In this document: one piece after another, positions 49,601 through 59,337 of the stretch
Position numbering within the stretch: position 1 is the first letter of the stretch
How the letters are laid out: each line of letters starts with the position of its first letter
Source: Vulcanimicrobiota bacterium
GTDB lineage: Bacteria > Vulcanimicrobiota > Vulcanimicrobiia > Vulcanimicrobiales > Vulcanimicrobiaceae
Direction: 5' to 3'
DNA: 64,000 nt
Assembly: GCA_963786105.1 (NCBI GenBank)
Contig: CAWAXX010000023.1
Location: 128,001-192,000, forward strand
Notes under the pieces: model-generated
Seen by the model: only the letters and a program-made list of their open reading frames with translations
The model's database searches: none
Told to the model about the DNA's origin: nothing
Position numbers and translations under genes: made by a program

Positions 49601-50337
49601 TTGATGAAGCCGGCGAGCCCTTGCGCTTCCGCGCCGGCCGGCGTTGCGCCGGTGTACACTTGCAATTCCAGTTGGCCGAGCGACGAGATCGACCCCGACG
49701 GATAGTTGTCGAAGGCGCGATTAACGGGAATGCCGTCGAATTCGTACCCAACCTCGTATGAGTCGCCTCCACGTACGTGCACGGCTTGTAAGTATCCGGA
49801 TTGATTCGCCGGAACGTATGCGCCGGGAACGCTGGCAACGGCCGAATAGGCACTGTTGAGGTCGCTGCCGCCGCCGAGCACCGCCAAGCGCTCTTGTTGC
49901 TGTGCGTTGACCGAGTAGATATCGGCCGTGGTTCCCGGCCGCACCAAACTCGATGCCGAGCGCGACGATACCTGCGCGATGGTCTTAAGCGCCTTGTGCA
50001 TGACGAACGTGAGCGTTTGCTGCGCGTCGGCAAGAACGGCGATGCCGGGGTAGGATGCAGGATCGTAGCCACTCTTCTCAATCGTGGCGACGTATTCGTC
50101 GGGAGCCAGCGAAACGAAATGGAAGTGACCGCCGGCATCGGTGACGGTGTTCCCGGTTTGCGACGGGCTCGTCACGGTGACGCGGGCGCCCGCAACCGGC
50201 ACCGTGGTCCCAGCCTCGGTGACGGTTCCGCTGATACCTCCGGTCGTGCCCGCTGTTGCGGGAGCGGCGAACGAGAGCGCGCACAGCAACGGCACTGCGG
50301 CGAGTAGGACAGCGATAATTCGGCGATGCGTCGTCAT
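46624..50337 (-). CDS. TonB-dependent-receptor-like outer-membrane protein
   Basis: Signal peptide, carboxypeptidase-regulatory-like N-domain, plug VRGG..FDGIPVN, QPRIGMTY..VLRASYG. Confidence 0.8.
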   Translation of the reverse strand: MTTHRRIIAVLLAAVPLLCALSFAAPATAGTTGGISGTVTEAGTTVPVAGARVTVTSPSQTGNTVTDAGGHFHFVSLAPDEYVATIEKSGYDPASYPGIAVLADAQQTLTFVMHKALKTIAQVSSRSASSLVRPGTTADIYSVNAQQQERLAVLGGGSDLNSAYSAVASVPGAYVPANQSGYLQAVHVRGGDSYEVGYEFDGIPVNRAFDNYPSGSISSLGQLELQVYTGATPAGAEAQGLAGFINQVIKTGTFPGYAQADLAVGSPTFYHSISVEAGGATPDRTFSYYVGFNGYNQDHVFVDHFGGAAYTNEFGEQIQQCPANATMAQLPSCYTNGARNLGQLGTTGWVLGPIGFGTANPVNVADRTFVANLHFAIPHKRDGLRDDVQLLYDNDEIFTTFSSSVNDEGLNNWISSTGGAYPPYYLDSYQYTGPTGTLLPKNYQSMIHPYLYPSSPAHPLFGAIPDPNNQRDRGYNGQAIVKLQYQKNFSSSAFLRLYGYTYYSDWIENGPMMSLQYYAYYDSGDYEINNHTRGVSASFTDQLNSQNLLSAEGTYTTATGARIYNEQMFAFGRFYGNEFAQLVNPNDINGGTCYAIRTGKNGNLYTQATTCSDGGGSGVSYGRLPSYLGLNGSGRPNVSGLRCGNGPCAYYVAENGAYGFNNTVEPAFAGYSITDEWRPNDKLNFNIGVRVDNYSFVGPNTNTGAARNFWFNAFNQDTCFDTRTLTLVDRSALLSPGHWSTNSQIPCSTLGSQYVNAHVDNTPAAFDYNIVQPRIGMTYTVNPDTVLRASYGKYNQQPSSAYEQYNGLEQNLPDTLTEFYPLGFTTPGHQVAPSISFNSDLSLEHHFKGTDMSFKLSPFLRQTQAEVSNFYINYTTGLTSGLNAGYQTSRGFEFQFNKGDFSRNGFSGQLSFAYTYATFKYGTLSNGTTLLTPINTGIAQYNAYTKACAPGGSLYKKVQFGQPVCGYTTAGPNSYAAPCYTQSGYADASCAKGDIANPYWNSPAFSLYDPGASYLPYSVFPGPVGSGVNAYNYPYVATLILNYKHDRLAITPSFQYNAGNRYGAPLTTPGIDPAAGGCTPLPGSTSGDPRYPYGASGGAPYNAHNCLSAGLSIPDPYTGQFDPLGGFREPAQLLGHLRVGYDVTPRVSLTLTLANLLSTCFGGQTTGFTYLHGSNVCLYTNLVGGPSTPPAGNGYNPRDNIQTFLRYPYEPYFGTYNDLSSSLAQPFNAYFSVKVKL

Positions 50338-53324
50338 AGTTTATATGCCTCGAGAAAGGAGTGGTATGAGGTCATAGCGCGATCGAATTCGTCGTGGATT
50401 TCTGCAGCCTCGCGGAGGTGCGGCGGTAGCGGCGGACCCTGCGACAGGTTCACGACGCCTAACAGAATCGTGAGGCGCTCGCGCAGCCGGTCGGGTCGCC
50501 ATTGGTCGTCTTCAGAATTGACGATTCGCGACGTGAACTGCGAATAGACGGACTCCAGGGCCCGACGCTGCGCGGCCGGCGCGTGCGGGCGAAGGGCATC
50601 GAGGCGGTTGAGCGCCGCATCGATCGCCGACAGTTCTTCGTCGAGTTGGTGGAGGAATTGGTAACGGGCGACGTATTGCAGCTGGGTCCAGTGCGCGCGT
50701 GGATCCGGTCGAACTTCCAGTTGCCGCTCGGAGGTGTGCGAGCCCGCGTGCAGTCGCACGGCGTAGGTGCCCGGCACGACCATCGGCGCGCTCCACGTTT
50801 TGTTCCAGTCGCGGGCGGCGGTCCACTCGACGATGGGTTGATCGAGCAGATCCCATGCGGTTCGATTGATGCCGGCGTTGCCGGGTGCATCGAACCGGCG
50901 TACGGTCGTGCCGCCGGCGTCGAGGATCTCAATCGACACAGCAACCGGCGCGGGGAGATAGTAGGAGATGAGCGCCCCGTACGGAGCGTCAGTTCCGCTG
51001 AACACACCCGCCGGTACGCAACACTCGTCGTCGTGCGTTCCGTATTGTCCCGACCACCACAGGTACCACGCGTACGCCGGTCTGGGTTGGAACAACGCCG
51101 GTACTCTCGCGGCTTGCGCGGCGGTTAACCCTTCGAGCGGGGTAAGATCGTCGAGGATGTACAGGCCGCGCCCGTGCGTGCCGGCGATCAGATCGACGGT
51201 CGGAGCGACGCGCAGGTCGTGTACGGAGGTCGACGGCATGCCGAGCCGGAGACTCTGCCAGCGAGCGCCACGATCGAACGTCACCCACGCGCCTTGTTCC
51301 AAACCGGCGTAGAGGACGTCGGGATTGCGAGGATCTTCGCGAATGACGTGAGCCGGCTCGTCCGGCGGCAGGCTGCCGGCGATCGGATGCCACGTCTTTC
51401 CGCCGTCATCGGTAGCCAGCACGTACGGCGTCCGGTCGCCCATTGTGTGCCGGTTCACGACCGTGTAGGCGCGGTCGATCGAAACGTGCGAAGGTTCGAC
51501 GGTTTCGACGCGCCCCCAGGGCGGAACGCCTGCGGGCGTGGCGTTTTGCCAGTTCGCTCCGGAGTCGGTCGTGCGCCAAATCAGGCCGTCATCCGTACCG
51601 GCCCAAATGGTTTTCGCATCGATCGGCGATGGTGCGATGTCGAGAAGCGTGTCGTAGAATTCGGCTCCCGAAACGTCGGTGTTGATGGGACCACCGGCCA
51701 CTTGCTGTTTGGCGGGATCGTTACGCGTCAGGTCCGGGCTGATCGCTCGCCACGAGCGCCCGCGGTCGCGAGTTTCGAAGATTACGTTGCCACCGAAGTA
51801 CGCGACGCCGGGTTCGAGTCGCGAGAACGCCAACGGCGCTTCCCAATTGAAGCGATAGGGCAATCCGGTCAGGGCGCGGCCGTTGGTATCGCGCACGTAT
51901 GGCGAGATGTCGTAGTTCTGACGCGAGTTGAGATCGAAAATGCCGAGTTGTCCGTTGAGCTCGTTGATGCCGACGTTCCAAACGGATTGCGGATCGCCCG
52001 GTTCCGGCCAGACGGCCACCCCGTCGGCATCGTTGGCCACGTCCCGCCAGTCGCGGTCGGTCAGCCCGAGCGGGCTCAGGGAGATATTCGGCGCGCAATA
52101 CGAGTCGTCGTCCTGCATCGCCGCGCAGACGTGATACGGATTCTGATCGTCAAAACCGATGTGATAAATCTGCGCAAGATCGACGTTGAACCGCCAATCC
52201 CACGTCTTTCCGCCATCGATCGAAATCGGAGCGCCGCCATCATCGGTTTCGATGATCCGCCGGCCGTCGCGCGAAATCCAAAAGCCGTGGTGATCCTGAT
52301 GCACCGCCGTGGGGATGTCGTTGAAGCTTTTGCCGCCATCGCGCGTCTCGAGCAAGTCTTCGGAAGCAAAGAAGACGTGATCCGCATTGCGCGGATCGAC
52401 CGCAAGCCGGCTGAAGTAGAAAGGCCGCTGATTAATCAGCGTGTCGCGCGACATCATCTTCCAGTGCGCGCCGCCGTCGTCGGAGCGCCACAGGAGGCCA
52501 GAGGCAGACTGGATCAGGGCGTACACACGCTGCGGGTTACTCGGTGAAACCGCGATTCCGATGCGCCCCGTGTCCCCGCCCGGCAACCCGTTGCCCGAGA
52601 GCCGGTGCCAGGTCACCCCGCCGTCGGTCGACTTAAATATGCCGTCCGCAGGTCCGCCGCTAGCGAACGTCCACGGCTTGCGTCGAAACTGCCAAACGCC
52701 GGCGTAAACCACGCGCGGATTGTGCGAATCCCAATCCATGTCGGAAACGCCGCTTTGGGGCCCGGCATACAACGTGTGCCGCCACGTTTTCCCGCCGTCG
52801 GTGGTGCGGTAGACTCCGCGCCGCGCGGAATCTCTAAACGGGTTCCCGAGGGCGCCCACAAGCGCGACGTTAGGATCGTGCGGATCGACCAGAATCTTCG
52901 AAATAGCGTAGGACTCGACGAGGCCTCGCCGGCGCCAATGCGCGCCGCCGTCGCGCGTCAGCCAGATGCCGTCCCCGTACGACGCGTCGTTGCGCGGATT
53001 CGGCTCGCCGGTCCCCACCCACACCACGTTCTTATCCGACGGGGCGATGGCGACGGCGCCGATCGCACCGACCGCGTCGGACGGCCAGACGTCGCGCCAG
53101 GTCAGCCCGCCGTCGGTTGTTTTGAATACGCCTCCCCCTGCCGAACCGAAGTAGTAAAGGTAAGGATCCTCATCCGTTCCGGCGGCGGCCGCGGTGCGAC
53201 CGCCGGCGAGTGCCGGGCCGATGTTGCGCCAGCTCAGGCCCGCCAAAGCGTCGCGGGCTGCGGCCGTTGCCGAGGCGAGCACAACGAACGTCGCAAGCGG
53301 CGCGATCGTGCGCACGAAGCGCAC
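50334..53324 (-). CDS. VPS10/BNR-repeat beta-propeller glycosyl-hydrolase-like protein
   Basis: WRNIGP..GGR start, many (S/T)xDGGxTW Asp-boxes, GTHGRG. Confidence 0.88.
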   Translation of the reverse strand: MRFVRTIAPLATFVVLASATAAARDALAGLSWRNIGPALAGGRTAAAAGTDEDPYLYYFGSAGGGVFKTTDGGLTWRDVWPSDAVGAIGAVAIAPSDKNVVWVGTGEPNPRNDASYGDGIWLTRDGGAHWRRRGLVESYAISKILVDPHDPNVALVGALGNPFRDSARRGVYRTTDGGKTWRHTLYAGPQSGVSDMDWDSHNPRVVYAGVWQFRRKPWTFASGGPADGIFKSTDGGVTWHRLSGNGLPGGDTGRIGIAVSPSNPQRVYALIQSASGLLWRSDDGGAHWKMMSRDTLINQRPFYFSRLAVDPRNADHVFFASEDLLETRDGGKSFNDIPTAVHQDHHGFWISRDGRRIIETDDGGAPISIDGGKTWDWRFNVDLAQIYHIGFDDQNPYHVCAAMQDDDSYCAPNISLSPLGLTDRDWRDVANDADGVAVWPEPGDPQSVWNVGINELNGQLGIFDLNSRQNYDISPYVRDTNGRALTGLPYRFNWEAPLAFSRLEPGVAYFGGNVIFETRDRGRSWRAISPDLTRNDPAKQQVAGGPINTDVSGAEFYDTLLDIAPSPIDAKTIWAGTDDGLIWRTTDSGANWQNATPAGVPPWGRVETVEPSHVSIDRAYTVVNRHTMGDRTPYVLATDDGGKTWHPIAGSLPPDEPAHVIREDPRNPDVLYAGLEQGAWVTFDRGARWQSLRLGMPSTSVHDLRVAPTVDLIAGTHGRGLYILDDLTPLEGLTAAQAARVPALFQPRPAYAWYLWWSGQYGTHDDECCVPAGVFSGTDAPYGALISYYLPAPVAVSIEILDAGGTTVRRFDAPGNAGINRTAWDLLDQPIVEWTAARDWNKTWSAPMVVPGTYAVRLHAGSHTSERQLEVRPDPRAHWTQLQYVARYQFLHQLDEELSAIDAALNRLDALRPHAPAAQRRALESVYSQFTSRIVNSEDDQWRPDRLRERLTILLGVVNLSQGPPLPPHLREAAEIHDEFDRAMTSYHSFLEAYKL

Positions 53325-53325
53325 G

Positions 53326-54444
53326 CTACGGCGGCGCGCCTATCACGTGCTGGTAGTGGCGATCGAAGGCGCCCAACAGACCTTCCGCATTCGAATACGG
53401 CCCCGGCGCGTAGGCGCGCGATTTCAGCCCTAGCTGCGTGAGTTCGCTGACGTGCCAATCTTGCCGATTGGTCACGTCCCAAAAATCGACGGCATCGCTC
53501 GGATCGAAGTGCGGAACCTCCATGGTGGCGGGGTCGAAGAGCCAAGTACACGCGACGTGCGTGCGATCGATGGCCAACGGCTTGACGTAGTGAACCATAA
53601 CGTAGTCGGCGTGCAGGCTGAGGAGCATCGAAGGAAAGATCGTGTAGTAGTAGATGCGATCGAGGTCTTCGCCATCGACGCGCCCGAGCGGCGGGCGCGT
53701 CGTGTGTCCGGTAATGGTGAGGCTGGCGGCGTGCGAGCGCAGCTCCGAATATCCGCCGAGCACCGGGCCGTCCGTCAAATCGTTCCGCCCGCTATCCGAA
53801 GGTGAGAGCTTGTCGAGCTGCGGGTGCACCAGCGGACAGTGATAGCATTCAGAATAATTTTGAAAGACGAGTTTCCAGTTGCACGCGATGTCGTACTCGA
53901 TGGTTCGGCCCGTCCTCAACCGCCCGAGATCCCATTGCGTAAAGCGTCCGATCAACGGCGAAAGCGCGCGTTCGAACGGCTCCGGATCGCGCGCGAGGTT
54001 GACGAAGATGAAGCCTTCCCAGTCGGCAACGGCCGCTTCGTGGAGCGAGTAGTCGCGGCGGTCGAAGCCCGTCACCTCCGCCATGTTACGGGCGGCGTTG
54101 AGGGCGCCGTCGAGACCGTACGTCCAAGCGTGGTACGGACACTGGATCGACCCTTGGAAACGTCCGGAGCGCTGCTCGCAAAGCCGGGTACCGCGATGCC
54201 GGCATACGTTGTAGAAGGCGTGCACGCTACTGGAGCGATCGCGAGTCACGATGAGGCTTTCGCCCGCAACCTCGATGGTGAAAAAATCGCCGGGATTCGC
54301 GATCCAGTCCAACCGTCCGGCGCCGATCCAGCACCGCGCAAAAATCCGTTCGCGTTCGTTGACGAAGTTTTCCGGAGATACGTACGAGCTCGCTGGAAGC
54401 GTCTTGGCCCCGTGCGCGACGGCGGGTCTCGTGAAGGCGCTCAT
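53326..54444 (-). CDS. Rieske non-heme iron oxygenase alpha subunit
   Basis: CRHRG..CPYH; NWK..NYSECYHCPLVHP; QD. Confidence 0.93.
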   Translation of the reverse strand: MSAFTRPAVAHGAKTLPASSYVSPENFVNERERIFARCWIGAGRLDWIANPGDFFTIEVAGESLIVTRDRSSSVHAFYNVCRHRGTRLCEQRSGRFQGSIQCPYHAWTYGLDGALNAARNMAEVTGFDRRDYSLHEAAVADWEGFIFVNLARDPEPFERALSPLIGRFTQWDLGRLRTGRTIEYDIACNWKLVFQNYSECYHCPLVHPQLDKLSPSDSGRNDLTDGPVLGGYSELRSHAASLTITGHTTRPPLGRVDGEDLDRIYYYTIFPSMLLSLHADYVMVHYVKPLAIDRTHVACTWLFDPATMEVPHFDPSDAVDFWDVTNRQDWHVSELTQLGLKSRAYAPGPYSNAEGLLGAFDRHYQHVIGAPP

Positions 54445-54560
54445 GGATGTACCTCCTGCCGCCGAGGGTTCCGCCGCGTTTGTCAGAATCCCCTGTGGAA
54501 CAGCGATTTATTTGGCGTTCTTTCTAGAAGACCGTCGAAGCCTTCGGGAGTGTCCCGCAA

Positions 54561-55718
54561 TTGGCCGAACGAGAACCTCCTCAGACAATCACCGGCTGCA
54601 ACCGCCTCGAGGCTTCGCTTCCGCGTGCCGCTTACGTCGATTCGGACTTTTTCGAGCGGGAGCGTCGCGCGATTTTTTGGGATCAGTGGTTTTATGCCGG
54701 CAGAGCGGAGACGCTGGACCGCATCGGTGCGTTTGCGGTTGTTGACGTGGCCGGCGAAAGCGCCGTCATCGTGCGCGGCCAGGATGGACTGCACGCCCAT
54801 CTCAATTTCTGCCGCCATCGCGGTAGCCGGCTGCTGTGCGGAACCGGTTTCGTACGCGGCGCGATTCGATGTCCGTATCACGGGTGGACGTACGCGTTCG
54901 ACGGCACGCTGATCGCGACGCCGTTCGTCGCATACGACGAGGTCCCCGCACAGGCCCGGCGCCTGCACTCGGTGGGTCTCGAATGTTGGGGCGGCTTCAT
55001 GTTTCTTAACTTCTCGCCTGAGGATGCACGACGCGAAAACCGGACGTTAGCGGCGCAGCTGGGAGCGATCCCGGGCAGGCTCGCACGCTATCCGCTCAAG
55101 CAACTACGGATCGGCCATTCGATTCGATACGATGTGGCGGCCAACTGGAAAGTGATGCTCGAAAACTACAACGAGTGCTATCACTGCGCGGGCGTGCATC
55201 CCGAACTTTGCCGGGTCGTGCCGGCATTCAAGCATCGCGGCGGCACCGGCCTCGATTGGGAGCGAGGCATTCCGCATCGTGACGGCGCGTGGACGTTTAG
55301 CTGGAGCGGGACGAGTGCGCGGGCGCCGTTCCCGGAGCTTGACGACGACGAGCGGGTGCGCCACAAAGGTGAATTGATCTATCCTAATTTCATGCTGAGC
55401 CTATCGGCCGATCACGTCGCGGCATTTTCGCTCTGGCCACAGCGTCCCGATGGCACGACCATTGTCTGCGATTTTCTGTTCGATACACGCGAGATGGCAA
55501 AACCTGGCTTCGACCCGTCCGACGCCGTCGAGTTCTGGGATCTCGTCAACCGGCAAGACTGGGCCATTTGCGAAAGCGTTCAAGCGGGAATGCGTTCGCG
55601 TACCTTTCGTCACGGCTACTACGCGCCGATGGAAGATTCGAGCCTCGACATCCGGCGCTACGTGACCGCTCGCCTTGGCGCAGACGCCGTCGCAGTCGAC
55701 CGCGGGAGCGATGGGTGA
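54561..55718 (+). CDS. Rieske non-heme iron oxygenase alpha subunit (paralogue)
   Basis: CRHRG..CPYH; ENYNECYHCAGVHP; NRQD. Confidence 0.93.
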   Translation: MAEREPPQTITGCNRLEASLPRAAYVDSDFFERERRAIFWDQWFYAGRAETLDRIGAFAVVDVAGESAVIVRGQDGLHAHLNFCRHRGSRLLCGTGFVRGAIRCPYHGWTYAFDGTLIATPFVAYDEVPAQARRLHSVGLECWGGFMFLNFSPEDARRENRTLAAQLGAIPGRLARYPLKQLRIGHSIRYDVAANWKVMLENYNECYHCAGVHPELCRVVPAFKHRGGTGLDWERGIPHRDGAWTFSWSGTSARAPFPELDDDERVRHKGELIYPNFMLSLSADHVAAFSLWPQRPDGTTIVCDFLFDTREMAKPGFDPSDAVEFWDLVNRQDWAICESVQAGMRSRTFRHGYYAPMEDSSLDIRRYVTARLGADAVAVDRGSDG

Positions 55719-56884
55719 CATCCGACTTCGACGTCATCGTGCTCGGTTTGGGCGGCATCGGAAGCGCCGCGGCCTACTGGCTGACCAAGCGCGGCGCGCG
55801 AGTGCTCGGTTTGGAACAGTTCGAACTCGGACACGCCCGAGGCGAATCGCACGACCATTCGCGCATCATCCGGCTGTCGTACGTTACACCGGCATACGTA
55901 CGTCTGGCAAAGGAAGCCTACGACGCGTGGGAGTCGTTGGAACGCGACTCGGGCGAGCAGCTGGTGTTCCGAACCGGCGGTTTGGACCTCGGCCCCCGCG
56001 ACGGCGCCATCCCACTCGATGGATATGCGAACGCGATGCGTGCGTGCGGCGTTCCCTTCGAACGGCTCGACGCGTCGCAGATTCGCACGCGTTGGCCGGC
56101 GTTCGAGATTGCCGACGACGTGCAGGGCCTCTTCCAAAAGGACGGCGGCATCGTCGCGGCCGAGCGGGCGACCGCTGCGCATCAACGCACGGCCGCCGGG
56201 CTCGGCGCGGTACTGCGGGAAAGCGCACCGGTGACGCTCGTGCGCGAGACGAGCGGAGGCGCGATCGAAGTCGAAGCCGGCGGCCAACGTTATCGCGGAG
56301 CGAAGCTGGTCGTCGCGGCCGGACCGTGGAGCTCGCGCATCCTGCAGTGGCTCGATAGGCGGCTTCCGCTCGAGGTGACCAAGGAGCAGGCGATGTATTT
56401 CGAGGCGCGAGACCTCGAGCGTTTCGCGTTCGGACGTTTTCCGGTGTGGATTTGGATGGACGCCCCATCGTTTTACGGGTTTCCGGTTTTTGGTGAGGCC
56501 GGCGCGGTGAAAGTCACCCAAGATGCCGGCGGACAGGCGGTCGATCCCGACACGCGCACTTTCGACGAAGATCCCGAAATCACTAAACGGGTCACGGAGT
56601 TTCTGACGCGCGTTTTGCCGGGTGCGATCGGCCCGAGTCGAATCGTCAAGACGTGTCTCTACACCCTTACCCCGGATCGCGACTTCGTGATCGACCGTTT
56701 GCCGGAGCATCCGAACGTTAGCATCGCAATCGGCGCCGGCCACGCATTCAAGTTCGCGTCGCTCATCGGGCGCATTCTCGGCGAGCTCGCGCTGGGTGGA
56801 TCGACGTCGAGCGATATCGGCGGGTTTGCAATCGACCGCCCTATCCTCCAGATGGAAGCACCACCAAAAACGTACATGGTCTGA
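55715..56884 (+). CDS. solA: Monomeric sarcosine / N-methyl-tryptophan oxidase
   Basis: GLGGIG, SHDHSRIIR, TCLYTLTPD (flavinylation Cys), GHAFKF. Confidence 0.85.
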   Translation: MTSDFDVIVLGLGGIGSAAAYWLTKRGARVLGLEQFELGHARGESHDHSRIIRLSYVTPAYVRLAKEAYDAWESLERDSGEQLVFRTGGLDLGPRDGAIPLDGYANAMRACGVPFERLDASQIRTRWPAFEIADDVQGLFQKDGGIVAAERATAAHQRTAAGLGAVLRESAPVTLVRETSGGAIEVEAGGQRYRGAKLVVAAGPWSSRILQWLDRRLPLEVTKEQAMYFEARDLERFAFGRFPVWIWMDAPSFYGFPVFGEAGAVKVTQDAGGQAVDPDTRTFDEDPEITKRVTEFLTRVLPGAIGPSRIVKTCLYTLTPDRDFVIDRLPEHPNVSIAIGAGHAFKFASLIGRILGELALGGSTSSDIGGFAIDRPILQMEAPPKTYMV

Positions 56885-56900
56885 ATGAAGAGCGGGCATC

Positions 56901-57443
56901 ATGGGCGAAGTGCAGTCGAACGTGAGACCCACGCGCTTAGTCGCCCTGTTCGTATTGCTGGCTATCGTCGTCGCCGGTACGTGGTACTACCTCTCACATC
57001 GGCCGCGAGGCGTGGGCGACACGTTAACCGTTTATTACACGAAGATCGACGGAACGACGCTCGGCAACCTGAGCGTCTCTTTACGTCCGCAGCAACCTGG
57101 AGAAAGTGCAGCCGAGCACGTGCGCAATGCCGCGCTGTACGCGGCCGTGCAAGCGATCGCCGGGCCGCCGAGCGACGTGCAGGCGATCCGCTTTCCCCCC
57201 GGAACGCGCGTGAACGGCGCTACCGTTACCGGATCGACGGCGACCGTCGACCTTTCGAAGGACGTAGAACGTCAGGCTGGGGGAACCTTCGGAGAGAACG
57301 GCGAGTTCAAGGCGCTCGCGTATACGGTGACCGGCATTCCGGGAATCGACGCGATGAAGGTCACGATCGAAGGTCAAACGCTGCCCACGCTGCCCGGGGG
57401 ACACCTTGAGCTGGATGAACCGCTCCATCGCTCGGATTTTTAG
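56901..57443 (+). CDS. GerMN-domain protein
   Basis: TM anchor, AIAGP..FPPGT..ATVDLS..IEG; start may be GTG 56922. Confidence 0.82.
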   Translation: MGEVQSNVRPTRLVALFVLLAIVVAGTWYYLSHRPRGVGDTLTVYYTKIDGTTLGNLSVSLRPQQPGESAAEHVRNAALYAAVQAIAGPPSDVQAIRFPPGTRVNGATVTGSTATVDLSKDVERQAGGTFGENGEFKALAYTVTGIPGIDAMKVTIEGQTLPTLPGGHLELDEPLHRSDF

Positions 57444-59331
57444 GCTGCTGCTCGTCGCAGCGCTGTCGACCGCCGCTTTTGCGTTGCCGGCGAGGGCCGA
57501 CGCGCCGATCAAGGCCTCGTACGGACAGCAGTCGATCCTGTTCTCGCACCTTTCGAACACCGGCGGCGCGACGGCGGTGGGCATCAACGATGCCGGTCTT
57601 CGAACGCTGTTGCGTGCGACCGGTGCGGTCGTTACCTGGAGGCCGGGCGACCGCTACGTCTTGATTACGACTTCTGCGCCGGTCGTCGTGAGTTTTGCCA
57701 TCGGCGACCGGCGGTACGACATCGGACCGATCGGCCTCCAAGCGACCATCGCTCCGTACGTGCAGGGCGACGAAGCCTACCTTCCGCTGAACGAATTGTT
57801 GCGATCGCTCGATTTGGCCCTTCGCCAGGACGGTGCCACGGCCGTGCTTCAGCCGCAACTCGATTCACTCGACGTGCGCGCGTCGGGCAACCGCGCCGAC
57901 GTGATCGCGCATGCGGGCGCGCCGCTGCGGCCACGCATCGTTCAAGACGGCCAGGGTTCGGTTACCTACGAGTTCGACGGGGTTGGGACGACCCTCACCG
58001 GCACGCGCAACGTCAATTCGGGCGGCATTCGAACGCTGCAAATCTCGCAAACCGGAACGGTTCGCGCGCCGAAGACGATCGTCACCGTGCAACTGATGCC
58101 GGGAGCGGTCCACGAGACGCCGCGCAGCAACAACGAACGCGACGTGGAGATCGCGTTCGACGTCTCAGGTTCGCCGACTCAACCGCAAGCGCAGGCTCAA
58201 ACCATGCCGCAACAGGCGCCGAGCGTTTCGGGAGAATCGCAAACGAACGCGGCGCCCGCGGCGCCGGGCCCGGCAACGGTCACCGCGGTGACCGTCACTC
58301 CCAGCGCCGACGGGTTCACCGTCGCCATCGCCATCGACGGCAACGCCAGCTTCGAATGGCATCGGTTACGCGATCCGGACAATCGTCTTTGGGTCGACGT
58401 CAAGGGGGCGGTGCTTCAAGGGCCGCCGATCGATACGGCAGAGCCGGCACCGCTCGGAGCGCTGCGCGTCCGCCAAATCGACCCAACGACCGTGCGTGTG
58501 GCGCTGTCGCTCGCCGGGCCGAAATCGCTGATCGTCACTCCCGCTGCCAACGGGTTGTATCTCGCGGTCGGCCGCGCCGACGTCGCCGACGTACCTCGCA
58601 GCGGAAGCGGTAGCGTCGGCACGGTGATTGCGTCGGGCGAACAAACCGCGCTGGTCACGCCCGCGCCGATCGATCAGTCCGGCGCTTCGTCGAGTGACGA
58701 CGGCGACACGGGCTGGAAGTTCGGTCCGCGTAGCACGTACGTCCCAACCAACCCGCGATTGATCGTCATCGATCCGGGACACGGGGGCAGCGACCGCGGT
58801 GCAGCACGCGGCGGAACGTCGGAGGCCGATGTCACCCTCGACATGGCCAAGCGCTTGCGCAGCATTCTGATTTCACGGGGCTGGCAAGTGAGGATGACGC
58901 GCGATACCGACGTCGACGTCTACGCGCCCAACGATAGCGCCCACGACGAACTGCAGGCGCGCGTCAACGTTGCCAACGGCGCGGGTGCGCGGCTCTTCAT
59001 CAGCATTCATGCCAACAGCTTCATCAACTCCGGACCGTACGGCACGACGTGTTACATTTCGAAGTCGAACGACCTCGCCTTGGCGCGCCTCATCGAACGG
59101 GAGCTAGCTTCCGACGGTACCAAGGACGACGGCATCGTCAAGAGTCATCTCTACGTCACGCTGCACACCCTCATGCCGGCGGTGCTCATCGAAACCGCCT
59201 TCCTTTCAAACCCCAGCGATCTCGCGCTCCTGACGTCACCCGAATGGCGCCAGCGGGTCGCGCAATCGATTGCCGACGGAATCGATCAATACAACCGGCA
59301 ATATCCCGCCTCCAACCAACCCGCCCAATAA
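57415..59331 (+). CDS. N-acetylmuramoyl-L-alanine amidase (Amidase_3) with AMIN-like domains
   Basis: IDPGHGG, E, FISIHAN, PAVLIETAF. Confidence 0.92.
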   Translation: MNRSIARIFRLLLVAALSTAAFALPARADAPIKASYGQQSILFSHLSNTGGATAVGINDAGLRTLLRATGAVVTWRPGDRYVLITTSAPVVVSFAIGDRRYDIGPIGLQATIAPYVQGDEAYLPLNELLRSLDLALRQDGATAVLQPQLDSLDVRASGNRADVIAHAGAPLRPRIVQDGQGSVTYEFDGVGTTLTGTRNVNSGGIRTLQISQTGTVRAPKTIVTVQLMPGAVHETPRSNNERDVEIAFDVSGSPTQPQAQAQTMPQQAPSVSGESQTNAAPAAPGPATVTAVTVTPSADGFTVAIAIDGNASFEWHRLRDPDNRLWVDVKGAVLQGPPIDTAEPAPLGALRVRQIDPTTVRVALSLAGPKSLIVTPAANGLYLAVGRADVADVPRSGSGSVGTVIASGEQTALVTPAPIDQSGASSSDDGDTGWKFGPRSTYVPTNPRLIVIDPGHGGSDRGAARGGTSEADVTLDMAKRLRSILISRGWQVRMTRDTDVDVYAPNDSAHDELQARVNVANGAGARLFISIHANSFINSGPYGTTCYISKSNDLALARLIERELASDGTKDDGIVKSHLYVTLHTLMPAVLIETAFLSNPSDLALLTSPEWRQRVAQSIADGIDQYNRQYPASNQPAQ

Positions 59332-59337
59332 GGGCCG

